This document shows positions 13,077 to 26,390 of a stretch of 64,000 bases of DNA, piece after piece. The notes below the pieces were generated by a model. That model saw only the letters and a program-made list of their open reading frames with translations, ran no database searches and was not told where the DNA came from. This DNA comes from Octopus bimaculoides (lineage: Eukaryota), in the NCBI RefSeq assembly GCF_001194135.2, contig NC_068989.1, positions 39,306,642 through 39,370,641 of the forward strand, given 5' to 3'. The translations under genes and the position numbers were made by a program. Position 1 is the stretch's first letter. Every line of letters begins with the position of its first letter.

Positions 13077-14336
13077 TAGGGTGTTCCAGAAAGATTTAAT
13101 CATATTTAAAATTCTTCCTAAAGAACTTCAAGGTAATATTAGCTACATTTTACATGAAGATTTGCATATATCTTTTGTTCATGTGCCTGTTGTTTCATTC
13201 GTCTATAACAGGTTTGTAAACAAACATGGTATCAAAAACAAAATGTGACCAGATTGCCCCTTTGAAAATAGCTGGAGTGAGCAACAAAGATATAACAGTT
13301 GAATGTGTGCCATAAAACAGTGTTCAATACCTGGAAACGATATATGGATTCCACTACTACCTCTAGCAAGCCAATTCCTGGCAGGAAACAATCAATTCAT
13401 ACCAAACAAACTGTTGAAGCTTTGAAGAAGCAAATGAACCTAAATCCCTGCAGGGGTGCAAGAAAATCTGCTAAAGCTCTTTATATTTCGAAATTGTCAA
13501 TGCACAAGAATTTTAAAGAAGATTTAAAGCTAACTGCATACAAGAAACAATCCCAGCAGTTAATTTCTGCAGCTTCCAAAAAGAAATGGCTTGACAGGGG
13601 TAAAACCATGTTAGCTGAGATAAAGTGCATTGCTAAAAACGTGTTGATCTGGTCCGATGAGATGATCTTCGCCATGGAGACAGTTACCAATGGGCATATG
13701 CACATAATGCAGGAGACTTGCCTGAAGGTAGCAGGAGTTATTTATGCTGTCAGAAGCCAGCTTCACTCATGATATGGGCTGCAGTTGCATCTGATGGAAC
13801 CATGTCTCCTTTGATCTTCAGTCATGCTAGATTAACAGTGGAAATTTTGGATAAAAATGTGTTACCCTGGGTCACAGAGACCTTTGATGACCATTACATC
13901 TTCACTCAAGGTGGAGATCTGACCCACACATCCAATTGGACACAGAGGTGGTGCAATGAGAATTCTAGCAGTTTTTGAGACAAGACGATATGACCTCCCT
14001 TGAGTCCAGATATCAGTCCCATGGACTTTGCTGCCTGGTCCATCCTAGAGAGTAATGTTTCTGCTCATTCCTAGTTAAATGAGTTCAATCTGAAGAAAGT
14101 CCTTCTGTCTTCATGGCTCAAGTTGGACTAAGAGGTGGTACAGCACTCATGCAACTCAGTGACCACTCATTTGCAGGCTATGGTCAAGACGAAAGGAGGT
14201 CATTTTGAAATGTAATTACAGCAATGGATTCACAATTTACATTTGAACATGTGTGCCAAATTCCATTATCCTACCTTAAGTTTATTTTGAATAATTAAGA
14301 AATATCAATGGATAAATTTTTTTCTGGGACACTATG
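13077..14336 (+). mobile_element. Tc1/mariner element of DD37D (maT-like) type, decayed
   Basis: TA-flanked TIRs (TAGGGTGTTCCAGAAA / TTTCTGGGACACTATG). Motifs IWSDEMIF, MIWAAVASDG, FTQ(G)GDLTHTS and *PPLSPDISPMDF. 37 residues lie between the second and third catalytic positions. Contains stops and frameshifts. Confidence 0.85.
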
Positions 14337-14999
14337 TATAACAACAACAATGACTGCATGTCTTTTCATTTGTGTTAGTATTTTATCTGCCATGGGGTGT
14401 GTGAAAGAAATAAAATCATTTTTACTGGTTTGAAGAGAGTAATATACTGACAAATAAGTACCCTGAAATACCTGTAAATACCTGCCATACCCTGTATATA
14501 GAGTAATTAACAACACAAACAACTCTTGTCACACCCATGTTAAATTGACATACCCAAACACTGTGCTAAGCTAACACACTTATGAGACAAGACCATGCAA
14601 AGATGACAAGAACAACACAAAATGACATCTATACATCATCCACCTAAGCTCTTTACCAGCACTGATTAAAGATGACATCCATGGTATTTACTGGAAGATG
14701 TACCATTATAATTACTACTTTACAAAACCCATGCTTTTATGTTACAAAATGTAGGTATAACTATGTGAATGTATGTGCATCAGCAGTTGTCACATAAACA
14801 TTAATTTAAGTCTGTATAGGGTGAATTTTGTGATCCTTGTTGATACAGTAATATTTTTTAACTATACTACCATGGGACCTAACATGGCCATCAATGCCAG
14901 TATTCTTCTTTCTGTTTAACACCCGAAAAGCAAGAGATAAATCTTTAAATGCAAAATCCTCAGAACCAGATAGAGTTGTAGGGTAATGTGAGGGATGTT

Positions 15000-16150
15000 A
15001 TCAACATACACCAAAAACACGTGGGGACCTAGAGGAATCATTGCATTCACCAAAACCTACAACTACTGGACTCCCAGAAGCTGGGCAAAATTATAACATT
15101 TCTAAAACCAAAGTGAAATAACATCATAGAGAACCATTGCCCATCCCACTCTACATACACCCTTTAAAGTTCTAGATGGTTAATCTTTGACCTCATTTAC
15201 CTACACATCCTCCTCTTTGAATCAAAATACAACACTCAACCACCATACAAAACATGAATCTACCATAGAGAGTAAGTAATGACATTAGCAAAAACAAACC
15301 TTCTCCTTCACACTATCTGAAACATCTTTGACACCAGTCAAGCTTTTGACTCCATTCTCTATAATTCTCTTACGTAAATTACCTTAAAATACAACACAAA
15401 ATTCTGACTTTCAGTCTACCTGTTATAGTACAAAGCTTATTGACAATGCATTCAGATTGTAAATCAGGTAGATTTGTAACATTATGCATAAGAGTAACAT
15501 TTTCAGAACTTGCCATTTCTCAGTGTACCACAGGGATCTGTCCTCTCATCTGCTTTTTTCAACCTATTCAACTTTCTCCCACCTCCCCAAACATATAGGC
15601 TTTCTCATATGCAAATGACATCACACTTCCATCTTCCCACTATTTTTCATGCACTGCTGCACAACTACCCTAACTCTCCTTAAACCACTAAGTGAGACAG
15701 CCCCATAAGAACAGATTTAAAATAACATCTACCAAGTTCACTAATTCCTTTCTTGCCAACAACACCAAAGAATAACAAACATAATCCACACTCAACAGCA
15801 AAAACATACCATACACACAAAAGACAAAAATATTACAAGTTGTATACAACTCTCCCACATCAACAACATATCTCTTTTACTCAGCTTTATATACATATAT
15901 AAAAAAAAATATACTTACAGAAACAGCAACAGCATCCCTTTAGTGGTCTCAAAAGCTGTACAGGAGTGCACACAACCTACAAAAAGAACAGACAAACAGT
16001 AACTGTTGTACCCCAACTGAGTCACTTTGCTTGTTTCTGAAGTTACCACTACTGGAATCTGTCACAATATAGAAATTGACTAAGATAGAGAGAAAGAGAG
16101 AATAAGAATAACAAAAATCATGAGAGAGTACAACCTATCTAAACTGTTAA
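15000..16150 (+). mobile_element. Decayed non-LTR RT fragment (Jockey/I/CR1-like)
   Basis: DTSQAFDSI (D.SKAFD), VPQGSVLSSAFFNLF at ~15524-15570 and SYANDITL (YADD) at ~15604-15630. Confidence 0.65.
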
Positions 16151-18129
16151 TTCTCCATACAATTCACCGTTGTATGTCAGGTTGGGCAGTATGGGACGCA
16201 GCTAGGTAGAAACATAGTATAACTAGAAAAATGAGCCTGTATTTGTTGTGCTTAGTGATTTGGTTGACTACCATCATGTAAATTGTCTGGTTATTTAGTC
16301 ATCTATCTGTGTCATATGTCTGATTCATCAGAACTGACATGCACAACAACAACCACAACTTAATCATAAAGTTTAGGATAGCATTTTAAAAGGTTTAATT
16401 TCTTTGTTTGCCAACTTCATTGCCCATTAATTATTGTTAGATCCAGGAGAATTTTCAATGAATTTAGTGTAAATCATGAACTCCTGTTCAGTTTATATCA
16501 TTCACCACTGAACATTAAATCACAGAAGAGGTACACTAGCTGTACTGTATCATAATGAAGATCTTCACCATAGATATCTCTGTGAATTTGTATCCTTCTA
16601 ATTTTTATTGTTTTATTTGAGTCAATACCTTCCTTATATGAAGTATACCAAAAGAACTCAGTATTTTTATATTTCCCAATTTCTCTGTCTCTGACTGATT
16701 AATTAATGAATTGATATATCATAATTCCCTCACTCATCTGATGTTTAATTAACAGATGTTTTTTCTGTGAATTTGTTTACCTTCAATATTTGTAGTTTTT
16801 ACTGAAACCCATGTTGAGATTTCTGTGTACTTTCTCCTAACATTGAAAGTCACATCAATTTTGCATTTTTGGTAAAGATAACACTCAGAATATCATTTGA
16901 TATTATCCCATAAATGACTGAACTCAGTTCCAATTTTAGCAGTTTGAGGAACTACCAAATATATATAAATATTCTGTAATCAATACCCTGCAATCGTCAA
17001 GTGAAGGTTCATCAGTTTTGATATTATCTTACTTGCTGCTTCACCTGCAACTGAAAGTAAAGCAAAACAATTCTGTATCTCAATCTAACTCATATCTGGA
17101 ATTGACTTATTGATTGATACTGTCTCACTGGAATTATCTGCAATTTGATTGATATGGTCTTGCAATACTTTCAACTACATTCATGTTCACTTTATTTCTT
17201 TCCTCCCTGGTAAATGAAATAACAAATCTCCAAAGGTTACGACTAAACTTCCATGCCTTTCACTATTATTATTTAATAAGTCATATGTGTATGTTTCTGT
17301 TTCTGTGACCATTTAGCTTCTTCTAAAAGAATTAAGGCATTACATACAATTAGACAAAAATGCTGCATGGCATGGCTATTAAATATTTCTGTATGGTAAG
17401 CCATATTTACAGTTTGCACCACTAACTATGTTTGACATATATTTCCATATTATAAATATTAAATAGGTTTCCCTAAACAAAAATACAGATCTAGGACATT
17501 ATCTACATATAGGAAAGATTGTATATGATGGTACAGAGTCTGAAACAGGAGATATGGAATGACTGAGTAGATATGTGAATGATGGATGGAGAAGTAAGAC
17601 ACTAGCTAGCTCTGAGGTGCAGGTGCTGGTGCAGTAGCAACAGAATAAGCTCTTGTGAATAAATTAGGTCACCTCTTTTGGGAAGTGGTACAGGATGTTT
17701 CTATGAGTAGCAGAAGCATCATTCCAGATGTGAGAACAGCATTATATTGTAAGTTTTGTATGATTTCATATGATTTTGTTGTTCAAGGCAGAAATATTTT
17801 CTGTCTCTAAAGATGAAGGTCAGTTTTTTATGCAGCTTTTGCTAATATATGAATGAGAGATTGTCAGGAGAGAAGATGAGTTAATGCAAAACCTAATAGT
17901 TGAAATGTTAATTGATTTTAGTTACATTTTGCCCAAGGTTTTGCTATGAACAATATTTGCACTGTTGAAAGTGGCAAAAATTATGTTCGTAATACACAAT
18001 ATTTTCCTTTTTTCTATTTATGGAGCTAGATATTACCTCTATTTATGGAGGTAATATTAACTAAATGTAAGATATGTAGGTTGTATATGGACGACACATA
18101 CCTGTCACATTTCAAAGTTTGTAATCATA

Positions 18130-19240
18130 TGAGGTTAAATCAAAAATTATATGCACTCTTGATTCTGTAATTTATTTAAACAAACCCAGGGGTTGAACAA
18201 TTACAAGATTTTTTGACATAGTCACCTTATTCCCTAATACACTTCTTCTAGCTTATTTGATCAGAGAAGATTTTTGGCTGGTCACACAACCATTTATGTG
18301 CCACTTCCTGCACCTCTTAGTCTGTGGAAAATCGACAACCTCATAAAGGATATTTGAGTGATCCAAAGAGGTAATAGTCAGAAAGAGAAAGATCTGAACT
18401 ACTTATAGTGCGTTCTAGCAACTCAAAACCCAATTTTTTAATGGTTTTAATGGTATGGGCAGCCATATGTGGGTGTGCATTGTCATGTAACAATTACATT
18501 TGATTTGACATAGGCCTTTTTTTTTTCAAACAGTTAGCATCACATTTTCTTTAGAAGTTTGAGTCTTGAATTTTTTTACGCTGGTGATTCCAGATGTTTC
18601 TACTCTATACTCTGCTTTTTGGATTTGTCTCAAAGTGATTGAGCCAAGTCTCCTCACATGTCACTATTCTGTCTTAAGAAGATTTACCTTCACTGTTGTA
18701 GATCTCCACTTGATTGCACTTAAGCGTTTTGGTAAGCTCTCTTGGCATCCATCTTGCACAGACTTTACAGAAGCAAAGCTTGCTGTGGATGATTTCATAT
18801 TCAGAACCATCACTAATTTGCAGGCCAACTCACTTGTTGGTTCACCTGAACCATCTCTCAAGCTTATTGAATCTTCACATCAGTGATGAATGCTGATGGG
18901 CATCCTGCTTCTTTGTGCTTCATGTTTGTCTGACTATTTTTAAACCTCTTGATCCACTCATAGACCTTCTATATCTCTGTATTGTACTGAAAGCCTGTGA
19001 TGAGTTTTAGCACTGACACACCTTCAGACCAGAAAAATTGGATTACTGATTTCTGTTCTTCCAGCAGAGTGGCCATGTTTACTCTGTAACACAAGAAAGA
19101 AAACTGGAGTGATCAAAGTCAAACCTCGGTTACATAACCACAAGAGTACCACCTTTTAACACATGAGCACTGAAAGCAGTGTAGCCAGCCTAAAGAAAGC
19201 TCTGGATAAAATAGGGATAAGTTTTGACTTCCTCCTTGTG
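18130..19240 (-). mobile_element. Internally deleted mariner (DD34D-type) element
   Basis: MATLLEEQKSVIQFFWSEG (HTH), IVTCEETWLNHFET, LLHDNAHPHMAAHT and SSDLSLSDYYLFGSLK. Degenerate TIRs at ~18130-18150 and ~19216-19240. Confidence 0.75.
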
Positions 19241-20551
19241 TATTCCATAGTTCAGTACCTTATACAAACACCTATTGTTCTCTCTGTTTTTATACATGAT
19301 TAACCAGATTAATTGTGCAAATGATTAAATGAAGTTTGCTTTATCAACCTATCTGTAACGTTTCAAAAATAATAATAGATATTCTGTCAGTGTAGATGCA
19401 TAACTGTATGAATCCACACATCCATCTCCTCAAATCGCAGCATATGATTTTTGTGAATTGTAGAGTGAGATGTGCAATTTAAGGATATCAGCAGTGAGCC
19501 CTATAGAATTTCAGATTGTGAGGAATCTTTATGATGCTACTCCACTTCAGGTTTGGTTGGGTTTTAAAATTCTCATGACTTTGCCCAGGTTCTGTGAATT
19601 TCACACAGTATTGGCACAAGAAGTCATAGGTATTGATGAGTGGAATAATTCATTCACACCCTTCAGTGTCTTAGTGTGTTTACTAATTTTGTTATGATCC
19701 TGAAGTTTTAGATAAATAGAAGAAAGAGTAATGACATGGATAGTCAAATCAGGCCCTTTGGCAATATATGTGAAAGTTTTTAACAGTACCAAGTATCACT
19801 AAACTCTCTGAATATCAAAGGCATATCATTGATATGCCTTAGACAGCTCACTACTGTACACACATACACGCACACACAATTACACAGACAATATAATAAT
19901 GATAGTAGATATGTTTCTTTAGAATTTACAACTGCATTTTTAGAAAGATTTTGCTGACATTACTTACTGTTGGTGTGTTGGCATAGCTTTAATTCAGTGT
20001 TTCTCATAAGGTGGTGATGATGGGAGATTTCTAATGACAGTAAAGAGACTGGAGAAATTACCATGTTTAATAGAATGAAGTTTTTTTTCAATTTGTCTAT
20101 TACCATAACAAAGAAAGACAAACTATATAGATGTAAACTTTATTTTATCTTCACATTAATAAAGAGTGGGAGAAGGACAAAAAATTCACTACTATTTTGT
20201 GTGCCTTCTATGTTTGTTTGGGAACCACTACCTTTGTTAATATCTATTTCTCTTTAATTGCATATTTATAATGTTGCATTGCATCAAACATGTTATTGTA
20301 GCTTCAGTTACGTAATGGAAAATTTGTTAAAAAGCAAAGTAAAAATTGAATAAAAGCAAAAAGAAGCCTATAATAAAATGTGTGAGAATACATTACCAAA
20401 ATTGTGAGTATTATAAATATGACTGTATAATTGTAAATATTATAAATAGGTTCATATAATTGTAAATATTATAAATGTGGCTAGATGAATACGACTTTTA
20501 TTTAACTACATGATGCTCAATATTGTAATCATGTCTACATAATTGGGAAAA

Positions 20552-21560
20552 CTAGTTCAAGACCCATTGCTTTACTGATAGCAAAAGGTAAAATTTTAAA
20601 TTTAAGCTGTTTCTACATTTAAAATATTAGCTTTTATATAAAATATATGTTTAAATACAAAGAGCTTTTGAAAGGATTAGAAACATTAACTCAGTTTTCA
20701 TGTACAGAAAAATAGATGTTATACTAGGTGCTTTGTAACTGGGTAAATTATTCAAATTTGTCTTTATCAATGAATGCTTGATATATAATCATTCAATATT
20801 AACTAAAGGTGTTTATTTTAAAAACATTTTATTTCATATTCTACAAACTCAATATATACATTCTACAATATTTACATTTACTTAGATGACTTCTCTATAG
20901 ACAACATTCCTGGTCAATATTTTATATTCATCATTATAATGTGTCTTTCTGACTGTATATTTGAATTTGTTTTGATTTGCAAATATTCTCAGGTTTGTTG
21001 TATTACCTATCCTGCTTAATAGCAACATATATTTGTCCCCGGGGGAACACTAGAGTCAGAATATACAGTCTGCTCTGCTTTAAACTTTACCTTTGATTCC
21101 TATTTCTTGACATAACAAAAGCAGGTATTAGAGGAAACTGCAATCTTTTTAGAGTGAACGGTAAATCAGTGTTGGCTGGCAGAAAAGAAATTCAAGGAAC
21201 ATCCTTTCAATATCAATGCTGCTAAGTTTACTGATAGTCAGTAAATTTTCAGTAACATTGAAGACTATAATGTATCAAGTTCTATTGCAGAGGCAATTTT
21301 AGTGGTCTAAATTTTAGAAAAGCGTTACTGAGGCTCCTACCTTTAGTCTGATGGTGTGATGTGGTAGGCTACTTACATTTAATGAATTCATAAACAATTT
21401 GATTGTCTTTTATTATGGAGTTAGAGGTTTTCTGTGTAATCACACTTCTAGGAAGTTTATTCATAATTTCATCATTCAGTTGATCAAATTCACCATTTTT
21501 GGCTCTTGAAGACATCCATTATTCATTTTCATATTTCATAATGTATTGAGCCAAAAGGCA
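20552..21560 (-). mobile_element. Helitron 3' portion: PIF1-family helicase C-terminus plus hairpin/CTAG terminus
   Basis: The minus strand gives QLNDEIMNKLPRSVIT, SLPHHTIRLKVGASVTLF*NLD..LCNRT and RLQFPLIPAFVMSRNRNQR*SLKQSRLYILTLVFPRGQIYVAI (cf. RQFPlrpAFAmTInKSQGQsL..vGlyL...vFsHGQlYVAlSR). The terminus is ACCTTTTGCT-atcagtaa-AGCAATGGGT-cttgaa-CTAG|T. Confidence 0.8.
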
Positions 21561-22053
21561 TTTTCATTGCTCTTAAGAAAGCTGTTCACATGCTTGTCCA
21601 TGTTGTACAACACCTTGTTTTAAAACATGCTCATGCTATTCATGAGGTAACTTTTCTTTCTTCCTTTCATGAAGCTGTTTCTATGGTCTTTCGTTTTTCC
21701 ATCTCTCTTGCTTTCATTCTCTATTTCTTTGCTTGCTGCTTCTTTCTGTGAGACATTTTGCATTGCTCATTCATATTTGATCATTGATAGAATAAAATAT
21801 GCTTGAATTAAAGTACAACTGCAGCAGAGAAGAATAGAAAATTATGTAATCTAAATAAACCCATTGCCTTCATGTATAGCTACACATAACACTGATATAA
21901 ACTTAAATTTCTTTTTATTTTATAAACAGTAAGTCAGTGCTTAAGGAAATAAAACTTTTACAAACTTTGAATTTTAAAAAAAATGTTAATCATTTTATTA
22001 CATTAGTTGAAAATTTTAAATATTTTTAACCATAATTAATTAAGAGACTTGAT

Positions 22054-22453
22054 GGGTAAGGCCAGAACAATGTGAAACAATATAAAGTAAACTGCAAAGA
22101 AGAAAAGAAAACAAAGTTGTAGTTTTACCCTATATCTCTATGTTTTGGGACTATGTTTCCATCTTCAGGACATGTGCAATGGTGAGGGATGGAAAAGGTC
22201 ATTTCTCAGATGTGTGGGTGGGGAAGGTGACATGTGCAAGCTTCTTACTATCAAGGCACCAGTCTCTGCATATCACCTTCCTCCCTACACATCTGAACAA
22301 CAACCTTTTCCAGCCCTAACTTATCCATGTGTCCAGAAGAAGAGATCAAAGCCCTGAAATATAAAAATAAAAGATAAAACTTTAACTTTCTTTTCTTTTC
22401 TTTTCTTCTTTGCAGTTTACTTTATATCTTTTTGCATTGTTCTGGCCTTACCC
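22054..22453. mobile_element. 400-bp fully palindromic (fold-back) MITE-like element
   Basis: Arms 22054-22238 and 22267-22453 are reverse complements along their whole length, with termini GGGTAAGGCCAGAACAATG / CATTGTTCTGGCCTTACCC and a 28-nt loop. No TSD recognised. Confidence 0.8.
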
Positions 22454-23882
22454 AAATACTAACTTTAATGAAATATCACAGAATGCTTAAAAAAAAATTA
22501 CTCAAAGATTAATAAACAACATATGTATAATATACCTTTCTCACTACCCAGAAACATTTTATTTGATATCCATCTCTCATCCTTAATACTGCCTTCTCCA
22601 CCCACATTTTACACTGACCCCTTCTTTAAGCCACCAAATCATCTCATCTTTTCCACTGGCATACATCTCTTACTCTCCGCAAGGACTGCACCTGCCTCTC
22701 TTCTCCCCACATTCCTGCAATCTACCCAACCACTCATTTCTCTCCCTCCCATCCTTCCCCAATCTACTTTATTATGATTATTGTTCTGCTACTTTTCCCT
22801 CTTGTGTGTCATTGGTCACACCACATTACCCCTTATCCACTATTCACTACATCCACCACCTAACTCATTCCAATCTCTGCAGTTGTCACCTACTCTTCCA
22901 TAGCTCTCCTACTTACCATCCACTCAACACTCATAATGCATTCTTTATATTCAACCCATTGCCCATTTACTAAGCTCTCACCCAGCCGTAACCTCTAGCT
23001 ACCCACACACCTGTTTCTTCTGTCTTCATTCACTTCCTCTCACCTCATAGTTTTAGGGTCTGCACAAACACTCACAGCCACTACTCTTATCTTTTCCCTG
23101 CTCTACCCCAACCACCTCTCCACCTTTTCTTCTACAATGTGAGTAGCTATGTAGCTTCTATCCAGCAAGAAATCTGTTCTGCTCTGGCTCCTTCCCCCAT
23201 ACTTTAACCCCTCACCTCATTGCATAAAGCTGCCTTTCTCAGGGTTTGTAATCTTGCAAAGCTACAAGGTGACGTGGTAGCATAAAAAGGTTGTAAAAGT
23301 GCTGGTTGCATAAAAAAAGCACCCACTATGCTGTAAAGTATGAGGAAGGGCATCCAGCTGTAGGAGCTAAGCTAAAGTAGACAGTGGAACACACTGCTGT
23401 CCTTGAACCCACTGAATCCTGGCAAACTGTTCAGCTCACACCAGAATAGATCATGGATGTGAAATGATAATTGATAATGATGTCGATAAAGAAATTTTAG
23501 GTGTATCATACATATGATGAAAATTATTTTCCCTCTTATTTTTTTCCTTATTCTTATATCACTGAATAAAATGTGCTTCAATAAAGTGCAATTGAAAAAG
23601 ACTGAAGTAGAAAAATTATGAAACTTAAGTTCTAGTCACACATGACATTGATATGTTCCTTTTCTTTTTTTTTACTTCATAAATAGTAAATCAGTGTTTG
23701 AGAAAATGATATTTTTCTACAAACATTTAATTTCACAAACTGAATATTATTTTCTTATATTATTCTAAAATTTGAAACATTTTTGACTGTAATTGATAAA
23801 TATTATATACATCATAAAGAAATTTTGTGAGTGTCTACATGTGACAAAAATTACTTTTCTTATTATATTGCATTATTCTTAA

Positions 23883-23928
<46 letters not shown>

Positions 23929-25019
23929 GAATTTTCTATAACCAAAATTTAGTTGTCATCATTATGATGTCTTTCTGGCTGATTTGAAGGAAACTTGACT
24001 GCTATTTTAAACAACATGAGTAATCACATAAAAATTCACATTTGAGAATATGTGTGTGTGTATGTTAGTAATACTTATAGACGGTAATGAATGTCAAAAG
24101 GTATGTTTTTGTAATAATTTTGCCTGCAATATTAATGTGACATTTCAGCTAAAATTTCATTATAGATATTTTAACCAAAGCTTCCTTATCAATAATAACA
24201 AAGTAGTAAATGATAAGTTACATTGAAATATTTTTCTTCACTATAAAGAATGTTTCATGACTTTTTGAAAACTTCACAATTGTTGGATAACAATACATAT
24301 TTCAGTAGAAAATATATTTATCTTGCAAGTAGCAAAATTTACGGTTTTACTGACTGAAAATGTTTGTAAGATAGTTTAGCTACCTTAAAAGATAAATAGT
24401 TCCTTTACAAGCAGATGCCACTCTTCTATAAATTGAAGGCTCTAGTAAATCCGTTGCCATTTTCATCACTTTTCTCTTTCTTTTTCCAGTCTCTCACGTT
24501 CTCTGAAAATAAAAAATACAATGATCTTGACCAAAAATAAAACACAAATATATTTTCCTTGTGTTGCATATATAAATTCACTGTTTTCTTATTTCATTTC
24601 TATCCTTCTATCCACCCATCTTCTCCCTTATTGGAAATATTGTCGGAGCAGAGTATTCAGGCACCTCCTCTATAGGGTCCTATTAGAAGCAACTATCATT
24701 AAACTTTCCAGCTGAATTCCCAAGCATGACCAACTGAGGCTATGGATACTATCCAACCACCTCATTCTTGGTACACCCATAGCTCCCCTACTGGTCGGAT
24801 TCGCAGGAAGAATCTATCTTATGATTCTTTCCAGCAACGTTCTAATCACATGTCATTTGTACAAGAGCTCTCTCTGATCTCTCAATGTGAAGAAGTAGTG
24901 ATTCAAACTAGAGAGACTCCCTGATCTTCAAGCTATGCAGCTTGTTGAATAACATTAGACCAGAGACCTTTTTGAGGAAACCCATTTCATTTCTACAAGC
25001 AGCAAATTAACACAGAGTC

Positions 25020-25240
25020 ATTAGAGTGTTGAAATGAATGCCATACAGTTTTTGCTCTCATTCACAGCCCTCTGAGTTCAAATCCCACCTAGGCCAATTG
25101 TTAGTTTTTGCTTTTCATTCCATCAAGGTCATTAACAATGTATTAATCTGAGGTGATGGATTTTAGAACTGAAAGAGTGATGGGCCAAATGTTTTACACT
25201 CTTTGTTCCATTTCTTCACCTACTGAGTTCAAATTGTGTC
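25020..25240 (+). mobile_element. Two decayed SINE family B heads
   Basis: B-box-like ctgagttcaaat at ~25072 and ~25223, with the same flanks as the 51750 copy. Confidence 0.5.
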
Positions 25241-25469
25241 ATGTTTTATTTGGGCTGTAGACTTGATTCATTGTCCAATCTAACACCACCATCTGGCACC
25301 GTGGGTACTAGTAGTTATGGGTACTGTCTTCTCTCTTAAAAGGTATAAGATGGAAACAATGAATAACCAGAAATTCATCTGAATGTGTGACGGATGGACA
25401 GAGAAGCATGGCTCTTATTACAATGAAAATTATAAATGTGAATGTATAACATCTACACCTTTTACCTTT

Positions 25470-25633
25470 TCCTTGTTTCACTCATTTGACTGCGACCATG
25501 CACCACTTTGAAGGGTTTTTTATTCTATCAGTTTCTTTTGCTAAATTGCTGAGTTACAAGAACATAAATACACCAGCACCGGTTGTCAAATGGTGGTGGG
25601 AGCAAGCACAGACACAAAAATCCATATGTGTAT

Positions 25634-25707
<74 letters not shown>

Positions 25708-25840
25708 GATGATCTTCTTTCAGTTTCCATTCACAAAATCCACTCACAAAGCTTTGGTCAGCCCAAGGCTATAGTAGAAGACACTTGCCCAAGGTGCCAT
25801 GCAGAGGGACTGAGCCTGGAACCATGTGGTCAGGAAGCAA
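25470..25840 (-). mobile_element. SINE family A copy with an expanded (CA)n(TA)n tract
   Basis: Reverse complement of the 6998-7397 element. Confidence 0.8.
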
Positions 25841-25977
25841 GGATATGTAGGATATTAAAGTAGGATATTAAAGTATCATATATCATTTTGATGATGTTAA
25901 TATATCATATAAGATTTTGAATATTAAATGATGCATGATTGCACATATATTACTGAATTATTTTTCTTGCTATTTAG

Positions 25978-26125
25978 GATTGGAAAAGTAAATTATTCAC
26001 TCTACCTTGATGCTTCTGAGTACCTTGTTCAAGAAAATGAGTATGTTCCATTTGTTACTGGCATTGCAGATCTCCTGAACTTGGATAAGTACCTGGTTTA
26101 TACACCATATTATGAATTTTACAGG
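25978..26125 (+). CDS. Internal exon A of an M1-family aminopeptidase (ENPEP/APN-like), ERAP1-like C-terminal domain
   Basis: Acceptor ttttcttgctatttAG and donor agg|GTAAGT. 148 nt, phase 2 to phase 0. Encodes IGKVNYSLYLDASEYLVQENEYVPFVTGIADLLNLDKYLVYTPYYEFYR, matching the M1 motif G.l.Y..aLd...YL..E..YvPW. Splices in frame to exon B. Confidence 0.9.
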
Positions 26126-26189
26126 GTAAGTATGTAAGATATTTTCTCTTATTTTGACAAACTTACACACACATACACATATACACACA

Positions 26190-26390
26190 CAAACACATGT
26201 ATGCCAGAAGGTTTGTAAATCCAACGGAAGCCACAAAAGACATTTTAAGATCTACAAAGAAGAGAATATATTTGCAGTTCTTGGCAGTCCAAATCGGAGA
26301 TGCAATCTATGTGGGTGTCTTTTTCAGAACATTGTCTGGTTTAAAAAACCACATCAGATGCCATGATGGTGCTAAGATGTAGGTACAGGA
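26190..26390 (+). mobile_element. RTE-type LINE 3' tail with a C2H2-like finger remnant
   Basis: CNLCG in one frame and FRTLSGLKNHIRCH in the adjacent frame fit C..C...F.T.SGL..H.R.H. Confidence 0.45.

Noticed and set aside
16400-17800. Possible minus-strand LINE ORF2 debris (also 19400-19800, 24480-24920, 36100-36480, 51050-51450)
   Set aside because: There are only vague resemblances and no unambiguous catalytic motif, so I could not assign a family or boundaries.
22520-23230. Pyrimidine-rich block and a purine-rich counterpart at 44270-44720
   Set aside because: They are probably old copies of a repeat, but I could not align them convincingly. No ORF or hammerhead core was found.
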